DNA from: an uncultured delta proteobacterium
GTDB lineage: Bacteria; Desulfobacterota; Binatia; UBA9968
DNA: 64,000 nt
Reading direction: 5' to 3'
Assembly (NCBI GenBank): GCA_963804165.1
Contig: CAWDPO010000015.1
Coordinates: 1 to 64,000, forward strand
Shown here: piece after piece, positions 46,791 to 57,971 of the stretch
Layout: each line of letters opens with the position of its first letter
Numbering within the stretch: the stretch's first letter is position 1
The notes under the pieces: generated by a model
Database searches by the model: none
The model's input: only the letters and a program-made list of their open reading frames with translations
What the model was told of the DNA's origin: nothing
Position numbers and translations under genes: made by a program

Positions 46791-47042
46791 CGCCGACTGC
46801 TCCTCCGTCTGCGTTGATCGCAAACGTCTTAGCGAGTTTCACCTTTGAGATGCATATAGCCCGTCACTGATTCCCTGTAAACCCTGACATGGAGTCGAAG
46901 GGGTACCTAACAACCGATGCTCGCACACGCACAAGCATGGCGCGAGAAGATTGGCGGAAACTTTTTTGAAAAGTGACGCCCTTTTCTTTGATTGTTTGGG
47001 AACAATTCTATAAATTGTGTAGCTAAAGACGTTTTTCTCTAG

Positions 47043-48329
47043 TTGGCGTTCACTGCGCGCATGAGCAACCAATCCATCAAGATGAAGCTTCGAGACTCTG
47101 CGCGGCGTTGTCTGTACGTCGGCGTGCTCGCTGCTGTAGCGCTTTTATGCGCGCCGTTTGTGAATTCGTCGCGGCGGGAGCCAGAGTTAACGCCGCCGGC
47201 GGTGGAACCCCCTAAATCTCAATCGCGCGTTGGTGTGACGCTGCGCCGCGGCGACACCCTAGTTTCGGTTCTCAAGCGTTTCGGCATCGAGCCGCCGTCG
47301 GCGCATGCGATGATCGAGAAGGTTCGGCCTTTCGTCAATCCCAGAAGAATTCGCCCGGGCGACAACGTCCATGTCGTGCTCAATGCCCGAGATCGAACCG
47401 TCGAAGCCATGGAGGTCGTCGTCGATGAGGATTTGATTCGCGTCAAAGCGACCGAGGGCGGTTGGTTAGCCGAGCGCCACGAAATCCCGTTCGTCCGGGA
47501 ACGCCGTCTGGTCCGAGGTACGATAAAGGGAAGTCTTTATGAGAGCGGCACGGATGCCGGGCTTTCGCCGCAACAAATTTTAGATTTGGCGAAGATCTTT
47601 GAATACGACATCGATTTCTTTTCTGATTTTCACCCCGGGGACAATTTCACCGTGATCGTTGAATATATCCGTTACGCCGATGGGCGGCGCGGCGCCGGAC
47701 GGATCGTCTCGGCTGAGTTGGCTGCGGAAAACGATATTTTCGACGCCTTTTATTATGTCGGCAAGGATGGCAACGGGGATTATTACAATAGCAAGGGCGA
47801 AGCTTTGCGCCGTTCGTTTTTGCGCGCTCCATTGAGCTATCTGCGGATTTCCTCGCCGTTTAATCGCAATCGACTTCATCCGATTTTCCGGACGCTGCGC
47901 CCGCATCTTGCCATCGACTACGCCGCGCCTGTGGGCAGCCCAGTCGTGGCGATCGGGCGTGGTGAGGTCGCGTTTGCGGGATGGCGCAATGGCTACGGCA
48001 ACGTCATTGATATTCGCCACGCGGGGAATTATATGTCGCGTTATGCACACTTCTCGCGTTTCGCGGCGAAGCTTCGCCGCGGGCAGTCGGTAAATGCCGG
48101 AGACGTGATCGGCTATGTTGGGCAAACCGGACACGCTACCGGACCGCATTTGCATTTTGAGTTTCTCCGCGGCGGCACAAAGATTAACTTTCTCGATCTT
48201 CGCATTTCAAAGACGCAACAATTGGCGGGAGTCGATCTGCAACGTTTCAATCGCCTGCGCGATCAGCAGCTGGCACTGCTGCACAACAACAACGATAGCG
48301 TCGTCGGCAACGCGCAAAAGGGTCTCTAA
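47043..48329 (+). CDS. M23 family DD-endopeptidase (MepM-like)
   Basis: HLAIDYAAP, YAH, ATGPHLHFE. Confidence 0.92.
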   Translation: MAFTARMSNQSIKMKLRDSARRCLYVGVLAAVALLCAPFVNSSRREPELTPPAVEPPKSQSRVGVTLRRGDTLVSVLKRFGIEPPSAHAMIEKVRPFVNPRRIRPGDNVHVVLNARDRTVEAMEVVVDEDLIRVKATEGGWLAERHEIPFVRERRLVRGTIKGSLYESGTDAGLSPQQILDLAKIFEYDIDFFSDFHPGDNFTVIVEYIRYADGRRGAGRIVSAELAAENDIFDAFYYVGKDGNGDYYNSKGEALRRSFLRAPLSYLRISSPFNRNRLHPIFRTLRPHLAIDYAAPVGSPVVAIGRGEVAFAGWRNGYGNVIDIRHAGNYMSRYAHFSRFAAKLRRGQSVNAGDVIGYVGQTGHATGPHLHFEFLRGGTKINFLDLRISKTQQLAGVDLQRFNRLRDQQLALLHNNNDSVVGNAQKGL

Positions 48330-48384
48330 TCTCTCGAATGCCACTCGTGTCGTGGAATTAGCGGAGTGACTTCCTCCCGGTTCC

Positions 48385-48473
48385 GTCATTCCCGCATGTT
48401 TCTAGCGGGAATCCATCTTCCGATTAAGAGTCCTCGCGCAGTCGTCTGGATGCACCGCTTGCGCCGGCACGAC
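48385..48473. repeat. REP-like pair (GTCATTCCCGC..GCGGGAATCCA ... CTGGATGC..GGCACGAC)
   Basis: Inverted pair between convergent genes. Confidence 0.7.
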
Positions 48474-48567
48474 GAACTCTCACTTAAGGGATCAACCATC
48501 TCCGAGACAGACGTTAATCCGCCGCGCTGTCACTCGCCGATGCAACTGCCAGGCATAGTGCGGCGCT

Positions 48568-49650
48568 TTACAATCCATACAACGCCTTGGCGTTGTGTGA
48601 GAGTATTTTTTCTTTGACGGTGGCGTCGATGCCTTCCATGCGTTGGAATTCGTTCAATGCGGTCACGGCGCTGGATGGGTCGGTGTGGCCGTAGTCGGTA
48701 CCGATCACCAGGCGATCTTCGCCGGCGCAGCTCACAATATAGGGCACATCGTCGTTGACTTGGCAGGTAACGAAAATATTGTAAGCCTCGAAGACGTTCT
48801 CCGGGAAAGATCGATTAGCGACCCGGTAACGAATTTTTGCCTCGCGATAGATCCATGGCACCCACTGCGCCGAGGCTTCTATAAAGCCCCAGCGGAGTTT
48901 CGGGAACGTGTCGTGCAGTTCGCTCATGATGACGTCGAAGCAGGCGGTTACGGTCGGCACGCGGAATTGCGCGAAGCGGCCGGCGGGAGCTAAGCGATAA
49001 AGGTCCGCGTTTTCCGGGTTGCCGTTGGCGATGTGCACGGCGATCGACAGGTCGAGATCGCTGGCGATTTCATAGAGCGGATAAAAATAGGGGTCCGATA
49101 GATGGCGCTCGCCTTCGAGAGGCCGCATGCACACCGCGGCAGCGCCGTTTTCCTTGGCGAATTTTATTTCCTCGATCGCTGCATCGATGTTCATCGCAGG
49201 CATGACGCAGGAATAAAATAATCGCCCATGACTTTTCTTCGAGATATCGGCCAGCCAGCGATTCCAACTGCGGCACAAAGCGACCTCGGCGTCGGGCCGA
49301 GTGGTGATGCGCTCGATCCAAAACGTGTTGTGCAGCACCTGAATGTCGATGCCCAGTTCATCCATATGCTTCAGACGCAGATCGACATCGTCCAGCTCGC
49401 GCGCGGCTTGCGGCGTTTCGAAGTTTCGCCCGGTGCGCTGGGCGAAGTCGCGAAGTTCTTGTTCAGATAAAGTTAAGAAACGAAAGCCAGCGATCTTGTC
49501 GTCGATGACCCAGTACTGCCGGGTCGGATCTTCGGGAGTGGAATAGAGCTTGGGGCGAAATTTACGCTCTGACGCGTCGAGATAATCCCAAGTGCGCTCG
49601 GTTTCAATGACGTGGGCGTCGGCATCGATGATTGGAATTGAATGGTTCAT
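48568..49650 (-). CDS. Amidohydrolase family protein
   Basis: IIDADAH, EASAQW, GTDYGH. Confidence 0.88.
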   Translation of the reverse strand: MNHSIPIIDADAHVIETERTWDYLDASERKFRPKLYSTPEDPTRQYWVIDDKIAGFRFLTLSEQELRDFAQRTGRNFETPQAARELDDVDLRLKHMDELGIDIQVLHNTFWIERITTRPDAEVALCRSWNRWLADISKKSHGRLFYSCVMPAMNIDAAIEEIKFAKENGAAAVCMRPLEGERHLSDPYFYPLYEIASDLDLSIAVHIANGNPENADLYRLAPAGRFAQFRVPTVTACFDVIMSELHDTFPKLRWGFIEASAQWVPWIYREAKIRYRVANRSFPENVFEAYNIFVTCQVNDDVPYIVSCAGEDRLVIGTDYGHTDPSSAVTALNEFQRMEGIDATVKEKILSHNAKALYGL

Positions 49651-49863
49651 GGCGATTCTCCCTTCGGGCCGCAGGTCTCTGGCGCTACCCGAAGGTATTG
49701 CGGTGATGAGGCGCTGTCAAGATTGAATTGCGCGCGGCAGGTCCTCGTGGTGCGATAATTTTCGCTTGACTCTAATTTCGCGCCATTGGCATATAACCAA
49801 CCAGTCGCAGCTATTTCTCGTGAGCGTGCGTTGTTGCGCTGAATTCTCGTCGCGTGGAGGGCC

Positions 49864-51027
49864 ATGGTCATGAAAAGCGCTTACGGTCTAATGATTCCTG
49901 AACCCGATCCCACGCTCCCGCGGGTCGGGCCGGGCACGCCGTGCGGCGAGCTGATGCGTCGCTACTGGCAGCCGGTGTGCCTATCAGCGGATCTCACAGA
50001 CTTGCCGAAAGCGGTGCGCATTCTCGGCGAAGACTTGATCGCCTTTCGCGACGGCGAGGGCAGGGCGGGACTCTTATTTCCGCTGTGCAGCCATCGCGCT
50101 ACGTCGCTCAAGTACGGCCGCGTCGAACAGCACGGGCTTCGCTGCTGCTATCACGGCTGGCTTTATGATGTCGAAGGCAACGTCTTGGAGATGCCGCTGG
50201 AGCCAGCCCGTAATCCTTATTTAAAACAGATCCATCATCCCTGTTACCCTGTGCGCGAGTTCGCCGGCTTGGTGTTCGGCTACCTGGGGCCGCTCGACAA
50301 GGTGCCGGAATTTCCCGTTTATGATATCTGGCAGACGGCAGGCGGCACGCTCAAGGCGCGCATGGGACCGCGGGTCGGCGGACCGGTGAACTGCAATTGG
50401 CTCCAGGCCGAAGAAAATCTTATGGACGCGCTGCACACCTTCTGGCTGCATACCCGACACAGCGGCGCGCAGTTCCCTTCGCAAGTCTACGGCGTCGACC
50501 CCGACGCCCTGGAGTATGAAGAGACTGAAATGGGCATGCGCTTCGTGCTCACACGGAAATTGGAAAACGGCAAGCGGTGGGAGCTCATCTGGGAGATGAT
50601 CATGCCGCTCAACGTTCACTTGGTCTATACCGATGAGCCCAACACCGAACGGGTGCGCTCGGTGAGCTACTGTGTGCCAGTGGACGATACCCATCAACTC
50701 GGCGCGAGCATTCGCTGGCTGCCCGACGGCGAGCCCGAAACGCTTTCCGGCCGTGAGCAGCTTGCGCCCGGCGGGCGCAAGAACACGAGCTACGAATACA
50801 CCCAGCGCCATCCGGACGATAAGGAAGCGGTGGAAGGGCAGGGCCCGATCGCGCTACACGGCTTGGAACATCTGGTCACGTCCGACAAGGGCGTGGTGAT
50901 GTTCAGAAGGATTCTGAGAAAAGCCATCCAGGCAGTCGCGCAGGGTGACGACCCGAAGGGAATTTTTCGCGACCCGGTTAGAGCGTCATTCGTTGCCACA
51001 AGCGCCGGCAGCGTCGTTAGGGATTAG
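49864..51027 (+). CDS. Rieske non-heme iron oxygenase (phthalate dioxygenase-like)
   Basis: CSHR..CCYHGW Rieske motif; ENLMDALHTFWLH. Confidence 0.9.
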   Translation: MVMKSAYGLMIPEPDPTLPRVGPGTPCGELMRRYWQPVCLSADLTDLPKAVRILGEDLIAFRDGEGRAGLLFPLCSHRATSLKYGRVEQHGLRCCYHGWLYDVEGNVLEMPLEPARNPYLKQIHHPCYPVREFAGLVFGYLGPLDKVPEFPVYDIWQTAGGTLKARMGPRVGGPVNCNWLQAEENLMDALHTFWLHTRHSGAQFPSQVYGVDPDALEYEETEMGMRFVLTRKLENGKRWELIWEMIMPLNVHLVYTDEPNTERVRSVSYCVPVDDTHQLGASIRWLPDGEPETLSGREQLAPGGRKNTSYEYTQRHPDDKEAVEGQGPIALHGLEHLVTSDKGVVMFRRILRKAIQAVAQGDDPKGIFRDPVRASFVATSAGSVVRD

Positions 51028-51060
51028 GCACTTCCCCCGCACAAGGTCGCTCTCGGCGGG

Positions 51061-52650
51061 TTAGCGCCGACTTGCTGTCTTGCGTGAAACCGGTTTGTCG
51101 ATCGCTTCGCCCCAGCGGGTGAGGAACGTGAGCAAGAACTCACTTTGTTGAGCCGGTTCGACCGCTAGCGGCGCCAGTGACATCGCGACGGTAAGGGCGA
51201 TGTGGTAGCCGATCGAGCGCGATACGAGCGCCCGGTGATATGCAGGGTGGGCGCGATTGACCCAGACCGTCGATTCAACGAGGCGCCCGAGATCCGTACC
51301 GTCGGCGCGATCCTCGAATTGAATATCCAGTCCATAATGGGCGGGGCGGCGAACAGCGGATTTGCCCGGCAACTGCAGCTCCTGCGTCTTATCGGTTACG
51401 TTCCCCGCCGGTTCGTTCACGCTTGGGTTTCCGCCTTCTCGGTCTGCCGCGCTTGGGGTGATTTCTTCGGTTCGCGGTTCGTCCGTTTCTGTTTGGGCGC
51501 TTACAGACGCGGCAACGAAGCTCCGCGCATCGCCGTTACTCTCTCGCGCTGCCAGCGGCAATCGCTTTTGTCCGCCGGCCCGCCGTTCCACCAGACTCGC
51601 TAGCAGCGGAAAATCCATGGCCAAATCTTCAAGCAGATGCGCAAGATCGCGCTGCAATGGGCGTAGCTCGCGCGGCGGCGCTTGTTCGTCTGCAGGCGGC
51701 GCATCGCCCCATTCGGCGAGCTGTTTAGCGACCGCTTGCTGAATCGCTTTGCGAAACGCCAGATAAGTCGCGCCGCGCGCGCCGGTGCGGATGAAATCGC
51801 CCTTGTTCAACGTCAAGCATGCCGCCAGTTCCGGCACCTCGATCAAGCCGCCGATCCGTTCCGGCGCGCTCGGCGTCATACCCAGCCAATCCCAGCCGCG
51901 CCGGATCACCTTGCCGAACGTGCTGATGGCGAGACCGCGTTGATCATCAAGCAGGGCATCTTCTTCGCGAAAGAGGTAACCCAACGCCGACGGTTTACGC
52001 CGGCGCAGCAGACGGATTTCCACCGGCGCCTGCAACGGTGCGAGGGAACGCTGTTTTTCCAGGCGCCGGCCGTTGACGTCGATGGCGATGCTTTTGGGAT
52101 AGTGCGCCGAGAGAAATTCATCGAAAGCGGAATCGAGCAAAGGCTGGAAGTGACGTCTGAGAGTGCCTTCAAGAAATCCGGCGTCGAGCAATGGCGACAA
52201 CGGGTTGCGAAGCTTGAGCCGCACTGCGGTGCCGCGTTCGCCGATCAGTCCCGGAGCAGGCACCCATTTCCATGGCGCGCGATGGCGGGACGCCATGTGC
52301 CATGACGATGCCACGTGATTTTTACCACGCCGGGTTTCGGTCAGGACTTCCTCGCAAATGAGCAATCCGAGCTTGATGCCGACCCCGGCGAAGCCGATGC
52401 CTTGGCCGCGAATCTTATTGCTTGACGCGATGTCATGGAATCGCGCCAGATCGCGCCGCTGCATGCCCGAGCCGTTGTCGACGACCATCAGTGTGCTTTG
52501 CGCCGGATCTGACTGGAAAGAGATCAGCGACGCGCCGGAGTCGAGCGCGTTGGCCATGATCTCGGTAAGAATGGTTTCTTCAAGGGAGCCGGGATAAGCA
52601 TCCCGCAGATCTTCGAGGAGATGCAGCAGGTCTACACGAGTTTCACCCAT
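51061..52650 (-). CDS. GHKL (HSP90/MORC-like) ATPase domain protein
   Basis: EIMANALD, DNGSGM, GIGFAGVG, GTAV motifs. Confidence 0.8.
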   Translation of the reverse strand: MGETRVDLLHLLEDLRDAYPGSLEETILTEIMANALDSGASLISFQSDPAQSTLMVVDNGSGMQRRDLARFHDIASSNKIRGQGIGFAGVGIKLGLLICEEVLTETRRGKNHVASSWHMASRHRAPWKWVPAPGLIGERGTAVRLKLRNPLSPLLDAGFLEGTLRRHFQPLLDSAFDEFLSAHYPKSIAIDVNGRRLEKQRSLAPLQAPVEIRLLRRRKPSALGYLFREEDALLDDQRGLAISTFGKVIRRGWDWLGMTPSAPERIGGLIEVPELAACLTLNKGDFIRTGARGATYLAFRKAIQQAVAKQLAEWGDAPPADEQAPPRELRPLQRDLAHLLEDLAMDFPLLASLVERRAGGQKRLPLAARESNGDARSFVAASVSAQTETDEPRTEEITPSAADREGGNPSVNEPAGNVTDKTQELQLPGKSAVRRPAHYGLDIQFEDRADGTDLGRLVESTVWVNRAHPAYHRALVSRSIGYHIALTVAMSLAPLAVEPAQQSEFLLTFLTRWGEAIDKPVSRKTASRR

Positions 52651-52766
52651 CGATCGTCGCTCTCTTCACCCTTGATATGAATGTATCAGGGCAGCGTCGG
52701 ATGCAAGCGTCGCCCGTCCGGGAACACGTTACTGGCTCGCGTTCAACTCGCCGTACAAACGAATAA

Positions 52767-53183
52767 TCATCCGCTGATTCCGATCCGGCCGGCAAGCCAC
52801 TGGCCGGCGACCATCGCGGCGACGAACAGCACAATCTCAAGTGACCCCGAAGCTAAACCTGCCAAGGCTGGGCCAGGGCACAGACCGCCCAGTCCCCAGC
52901 CAATACCGAAGATAGCGGCGCCAAGGACTAGCGGCAGGTCGAGTTGCGTTTTTACCGGCAAGGCGAATTTTTGTCCGAGAAGTGAGAAAGGCCGGCCCGA
53001 AATGAGCGGAAACATTGTCACCGTAACCGCCAGCGCGCCCGCCATGACCAGCACCAGCGTGGCGTCCCAGCGGCCGGTCACGTCGAGGAAGCCGATGACG
53101 CGGGCCGGATTGATCATTTCGGAAATGCTCAGACCCAAGCCAAAGAGCATCCCGACCGCGAAGCTGCTCAGAACGAAGATCAT
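52767..53183 (-). CDS. YeeE/YedE family membrane protein
   Basis: FGLGLSISEM.NP, FGIGWGLGGLCPGP. Confidence 0.88.
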   Translation of the reverse strand: MIFVLSSFAVGMLFGLGLSISEMINPARVIGFLDVTGRWDATLVLVMAGALAVTVTMFPLISGRPFSLLGQKFALPVKTQLDLPLVLGAAIFGIGWGLGGLCPGPALAGLASGSLEIVLFVAAMVAGQWLAGRIGISG

Positions 53184-53602
53184 CAGAACAACTGCTTCAT
53201 CAGGTATACGGTAATGATTCCGCAAAGCATGAAAGTGATCGTGGCGACAAACGAGCGCGGCGAGCGGCGGGCTAAGCCGCAGACACCATGCCCGGATGTA
53301 CAGCCTGAACCGAGTCTGGTGCCGAACCCGACGAGTAGTCCGGCAGCCACCAAAGTCGGGCCGTGGGTGTGGAGTCGCTGCGGTAATCCGCCATGGATGA
53401 GCGAATAAAGTGCAGCGCCCGCGGCCAATCCCAAAACGAAAGCGAGGCGCCAAAGACGCTCGCCAGAATTATTTGAGCTAACTACGCCGCCCAATATCCC
53501 GGAAACACCGGCGATGCGACCATTTAACGCGAAAAGCAGGACGGCGGCCAAGCCGATCAAAAGCCCGCCGATTAAGCCGCCGGTGACATTGGGTTCAGCC
53601 AT
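53183..53602 (-). CDS. YeeE/YedE family membrane protein
   Basis: NGRIAGVSGI, GSGCTSGHGVCG. Confidence 0.9.
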   Translation of the reverse strand: MAEPNVTGGLIGGLLIGLAAVLLFALNGRIAGVSGILGGVVSSNNSGERLWRLAFVLGLAAGAALYSLIHGGLPQRLHTHGPTLVAAGLLVGFGTRLGSGCTSGHGVCGLARRSPRSFVATITFMLCGIITVYLMKQLF

Positions 53603-53623
53603 ATCGCCTGAGCTTCCGACTCG

Positions 53624-54672
53624 CTACTCCTTGGCCTTCGCTTTGGCCTTGGCCTCGTCGATGATCGGCTGGAGTTTTTTCTTGAGCCCGGGATTGAGCT
53701 GAAAGGCTTTTTGGAAATCGCCGTCAGCCTCCTTGTCCTTGCCCTGATAGACTCGGATGATGCCGCGATAGACGTAGGCGTCGGCATTCTTCGGCTGCAT
53801 GCTGATTACTTCGCTAAAGTCGCGCGCGGCGTAATCGTACTTATCGATTCGCAGATAGGCGAGGCCGCGATTGAACGGCGCCTCTGGATCTTTGGGATTG
53901 ATCCGCATCGCTTCGCTGTAAGTCTTCGATAGCGTCCTCGAATTTGCTGAGCTTCATTTTTGCTAAGCCGCGATTGTAGAAAGCTTCGGTGGATTTGGGA
54001 TTCGAGCGAATCACTTCATCAAAGTCGCGTATCGCCTCGTCATATTTGTTCGCATCGGCGTAGGCGATGCCGCGGTTGTAATAGGCGTCGGTGAGTTTAG
54101 GGTCGCGGCTGAGGGCGGCATCGTAGTCGCTAATCGCCTCTTCTTTCTTATTCAGCGCCAGATAGCTATTGCCTCGGTTGTAGTAGTTTTGCGCGTCCTT
54201 GGGCTCGATGCGTATCGCCTCGCTGAAATCCTTTGCCGCGCTGTCATAGCGTTTGGCGTCGAAATGGATGCTGCCGCGGTTGGTAAACTGCGCGCGTCGT
54301 CCGGATTGAGCTTGATCGCCGCGCTGTAGTCATTGAGCGCGGCCGTTTTCCTGTTTGAGTCGCCGATAAGCATTGCCGCGATTATAGAAAGCCTCGGCGT
54401 CTTTCGGATTGAGCCGGATCGCCTGGCCGTAGTCTTTGACCGCTTGCTGATTTTCGCCGAGGTCGTAGTACGCGTTGCCGCGGTTGAAATAAGCTTCGGC
54501 AAGTTTCGGATGGGATTTTATGACTTTGTCATACTCGGTAATCGCTTCTTTGAGCTTGCCCGATTCGTGCAGCTCCAGGGCTGCTTTGAGCGGATCTTCG
54601 GCCTGAGCGGACCAAACCCGCGCCGCCGTAGCAAATCGCGAACGCGACGATCATCGCAAGTCTCGCTCCCAT
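53624..54672 (-). CDS. Secreted TPR protein 2 (frameshifted)
   Basis: Signal-like start at 54672; repeated AYxNRG 34-aa units. Confidence 0.75.
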
Positions 54673-54687
54673 GGGTTCCAGTTTCCT

Positions 54688-55523
54688 CATCGTTTGCCGG
54701 GGTCATCAGCGGCTCGAGTTTATTCTTGAGGGCAGGATCGAGCTCGAGCGCTTTTTGAAAATCTTTCTGCGCGTCGTCGCTCTTGCCTTGACGCGCCCTG
54801 ATCACGCCGCGGTTGGCATAGATTTTCGCGTTTTTGCCGTCGAGCTTGATCGCTTCATCGTAATCTTTAACCGCGTCGTCATACTTGCCGAGCACCGAGT
54901 AGGCATTGGCGCGATTGTTATAGGTCTCGGCGTTTTTCGGCGTCGAGCTTGATCGCCTCGTGAATAGTCTTGAACCGCCAGCTCGTTCTTACCGAGACGG
55001 CGATAGGCGAGAGCCGCGGCCGTAGTAAATATCGGCGTCTTTAGGATCCAATTTCTGCGCCTGATTAAAATCTTGAATCGCGTTGTCGAATTGTTTCAGA
55101 CGCAATATGGGCGAGGCCGCGCTGGCGATAAGCTCTCGGCGCTTTGGCATCGTTCTTGATGACCTCGTCGTAATCTTTGATCGCGCGGTCGTAGTGATTC
55201 TGGCTAAATGGGCGTTGCCTCGGTTGAAATAAGCGTCGGTCAGTTTTGGATTGAGCTTCAACGCTTCATCGTAGTCTTTAATCGCGCTATCGATCTGGCC
55301 GAGCTTGAAATACGCCAAGCCGCGGTTGTTGTACGCTTCGTCCGACTTGGGCGCGGCTTTGAGGGCGCGGTTAAACGCCACGACGGCGTCTTTAAATTTC
55401 GCCGCCTTGTAAAGCTTCACGCCATCATTGAAGGCATTTTGTGCCTCGCCGGCGAGCAACCCCGGCGGGCAGCAGCAGTAATAGAACGAAGCAACTCGCC
55501 GCCGCGCGATTTATTGTTCTCAT
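54688..55523 (-). CDS. Secreted TPR protein 1 (frameshifted)
   Basis: AYNNRG/AYFNRG repeats; C-terminus FQKALELDPALK resembles that of TPR protein 2. Confidence 0.75.
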
Positions 55524-55655
55524 AGCTTAAAATTCTTTAACGTATGCCTACGCCAATGTCCAATTGCTTGGACGGCGCACAGCGCCGCTGGACAAAAATC
55601 GCAAAAAAGAATAATGATGAAAGAAATCAGGGTCGTAACTACAGGAGGATAAGCT

Positions 55656-56716
55656 ATGAGCACAGCCGCTGCGGTCAAGCGAACCGCGGAACAAGTACTG
55701 GGAAAAGATAAGATCATTTCGTCGGATTCCCATATCATGGAGCCGCCAGATCTATGGGAAGCCAACCTGACGCCAAGCCTCAAAACCAAATTTCCGAAAT
55801 TTCCGCCACGAAGCTCGGCCGGTGAAAAACCGGGCGGACACGATCCGAAGGCGCGCCTGGATGAGATGGCGGTCGACGGCGTCAGCGCCGAGGTGTTGTA
55901 TGCGACTCACGGCCTGCGACTTTATGCGTTGGAAGACGCCGATCTGCAAGAAGCCTGTTTTCAGATCGCTAACGATTGGATGATCGATTACTGCCAATCC
56001 TCACCGGGGCGGCTGTTCGGTATCCCGATGATCTCGATGTATAACATCCCGAACGCTATTAAAGAGCTCGAGCGCTGCAAGAAGCAGGGCATGATCGGCT
56101 GCATGATCTGGCAGGTACCGCCCGAGCATTTGCCGTTTACCAGCGACTATTACAATCCATTCTGGGAAGCGCCTCGGAGCTCGACATGCCGGTCAATGTG
56201 CATATCTTGACCGGGTTCAACTATAGCCGCTTCGAGCGCAAGGGTTTGGATACGTATCGGATGACCGTAAATCAGAAGCTCACCGATGCGGCGAATACCT
56301 TATTTGATTTCGTCTTCGGCGGCGCGTTGGCAAAATACCCAAAACTGAAACTCGTCTACGTCGAAAATGAAGTCGGTTGGATACCGTTCTATTGCCACGA
56401 GTGGGATAAATATTTCGTGCGCCACAGCCCTAAGGCGCCGTTGGCGTATATGAAAAGGCTGCCGAGCGAGTACGTGCAAGATCAGGTTTTCGCGACTTTC
56501 TTCAGCGATCCGTGTGGCGGGCGCATGATGGATTGGTTCGGCGAAAATAATTTCATGTGGTCGAGCGACTATCCGCACGCAGCGTCGACGTGGCCCCATT
56601 CGCGCCAAGTCATCGCCGACGAGCTCGGCCATCTGCCGAAACCGGTCATCGACAAAGTCGTACGAAGCAACGTGATCGATCTCTATCACCTAAAGGTTGA
56701 CGGCGTTAACAACTAA
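55656..56716 (+). CDS. Amidohydrolase family protein (frameshift near 56175)
   Basis: ISSDSHIMEP, ENEVGW, WSSDYPH. Confidence 0.88.
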
Positions 56717-56744
56717 ATCAAAAACCACCTTGAAAGGAGTTCCT

Positions 56745-57227
56745 ATGAACGCAGCAAGAAAGTTAGAAGCCACGGAGAAACCGAAGACGCAAAAGTTTTC
56801 GCTACGCACCCCATACATGAAGCAGGGCCGGATCACCCAGTTGGTCGCGGAAACCGAAAACATGTGGATTCATACCAAGATCAACTACGAGGGCGGCGAG
56901 AACGAGATTCACTGTCATCTCGATGAAGACCATTCGTTCATCGTGCTCGAAGGCCAAATGAGCGTCTTCGATGAAAACGGCAACGAGATCAAGGTCGAAA
57001 AACATCAGGGCGTCATGATTCCCAAAGGCGCCTATTATCGTTATCTCAATACCGGCAGCGAAAATTTAGTCGTGATCCGCGTCGGCGCGGGGGTTAAAGG
57101 TCAGAAGCAGGGCGGGGAAGAAATGCGCGTTCGTCCGGATGGCAAACCGTTGATCGCTTCCTCTGAGGAAAACAAGACCGTGCCGCCGATCGAAGATACG
57201 CGATTTTTTGCCGACTCGGCGGGCTAG
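56745..57227 (+). CDS. Cupin domain protein
   Basis: EIHCHLDEDH, IPKGAYY; RBS AAAGGAG. Confidence 0.82.
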   Translation: MNAARKLEATEKPKTQKFSLRTPYMKQGRITQLVAETENMWIHTKINYEGGENEIHCHLDEDHSFIVLEGQMSVFDENGNEIKVEKHQGVMIPKGAYYRYLNTGSENLVVIRVGAGVKGQKQGGEEMRVRPDGKPLIASSEENKTVPPIEDTRFFADSAG

Positions 57228-57312
57228 GCGTCGAGCGATCAATCAACTCATAGGGTTCGATGCACCGGCCACTGATCTTTTCAGTGGCCGGTGTCGTTTT
57301 GAGGAGGCGAAT

Positions 57313-57877
57313 ATGGCGCAAGAGATCAGAGAGATGCCCGAGGAAATGGATCCGGGGTTGTGGCGCGGCTTCAAGTCACCCAGTTCCGCGTGGCAAGGCA
57401 GCGTCGCAGCGATTTTCGTGACACCGGAATCCTCCGGCGACATGGTTTCGCTGCCCGCCGTGCGCGCCTTTGCCGACCGCGGCCTGGAAGGAGATCGTTT
57501 TTTGCGTGAATCTTGGGATGCCGTCAATCGGCCAGACAAAGCTGTCACGCTAATCGAAGCCGAAGTCCTGGAACTGGCCGCTCGAGGAGCTTGGAATGGC
57601 ATCGATCGCGGCCAAGACGCGCCGCAATATCGTCACCCGCGGCGTGCCGCTGCTCGAATTATTGCACCGGGAATTTACTATCGGCGGAGTGCGGATGCGC
57701 GGCATTCGTTTGTTCGAACCCTGCGGCCATCTAGTCAAAGTCTCCGAGCTGCCGGGTATTTTCAAGGCGCTGAACCATCGGAGCGGCCTGAAGGCGGCGA
57801 TTCTCACCGACGGCGAGATCCATGTCGGCGATTCGTTGACGCTCGTTGAACCTCAAGCAGCGGTTGTCTCCGCCTAA
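57313..57877 (+). CDS. MOSC domain protein (frameshift near 57585)
   Basis: GLEGDRF, RRNIVTRG, EPCGHL, GEIHVGD. Confidence 0.85.
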
Positions 57878-57971
57878 TGTGCGGTCGTTGCTTGCCTCTC
57901 GATTTCACCTGAGTTAGTTTCCAGCGTGGCCGTACCCGCGGCCATCGGTCCAATAAATTTACGGAGACTCT

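Noticed and set aside
55558-55573. GTCCAA-N4-TTGGAC as a fourth operator copy
   Set aside because: Half sites are in the opposite arrangement; it may be a different operator, but it occurs only once.
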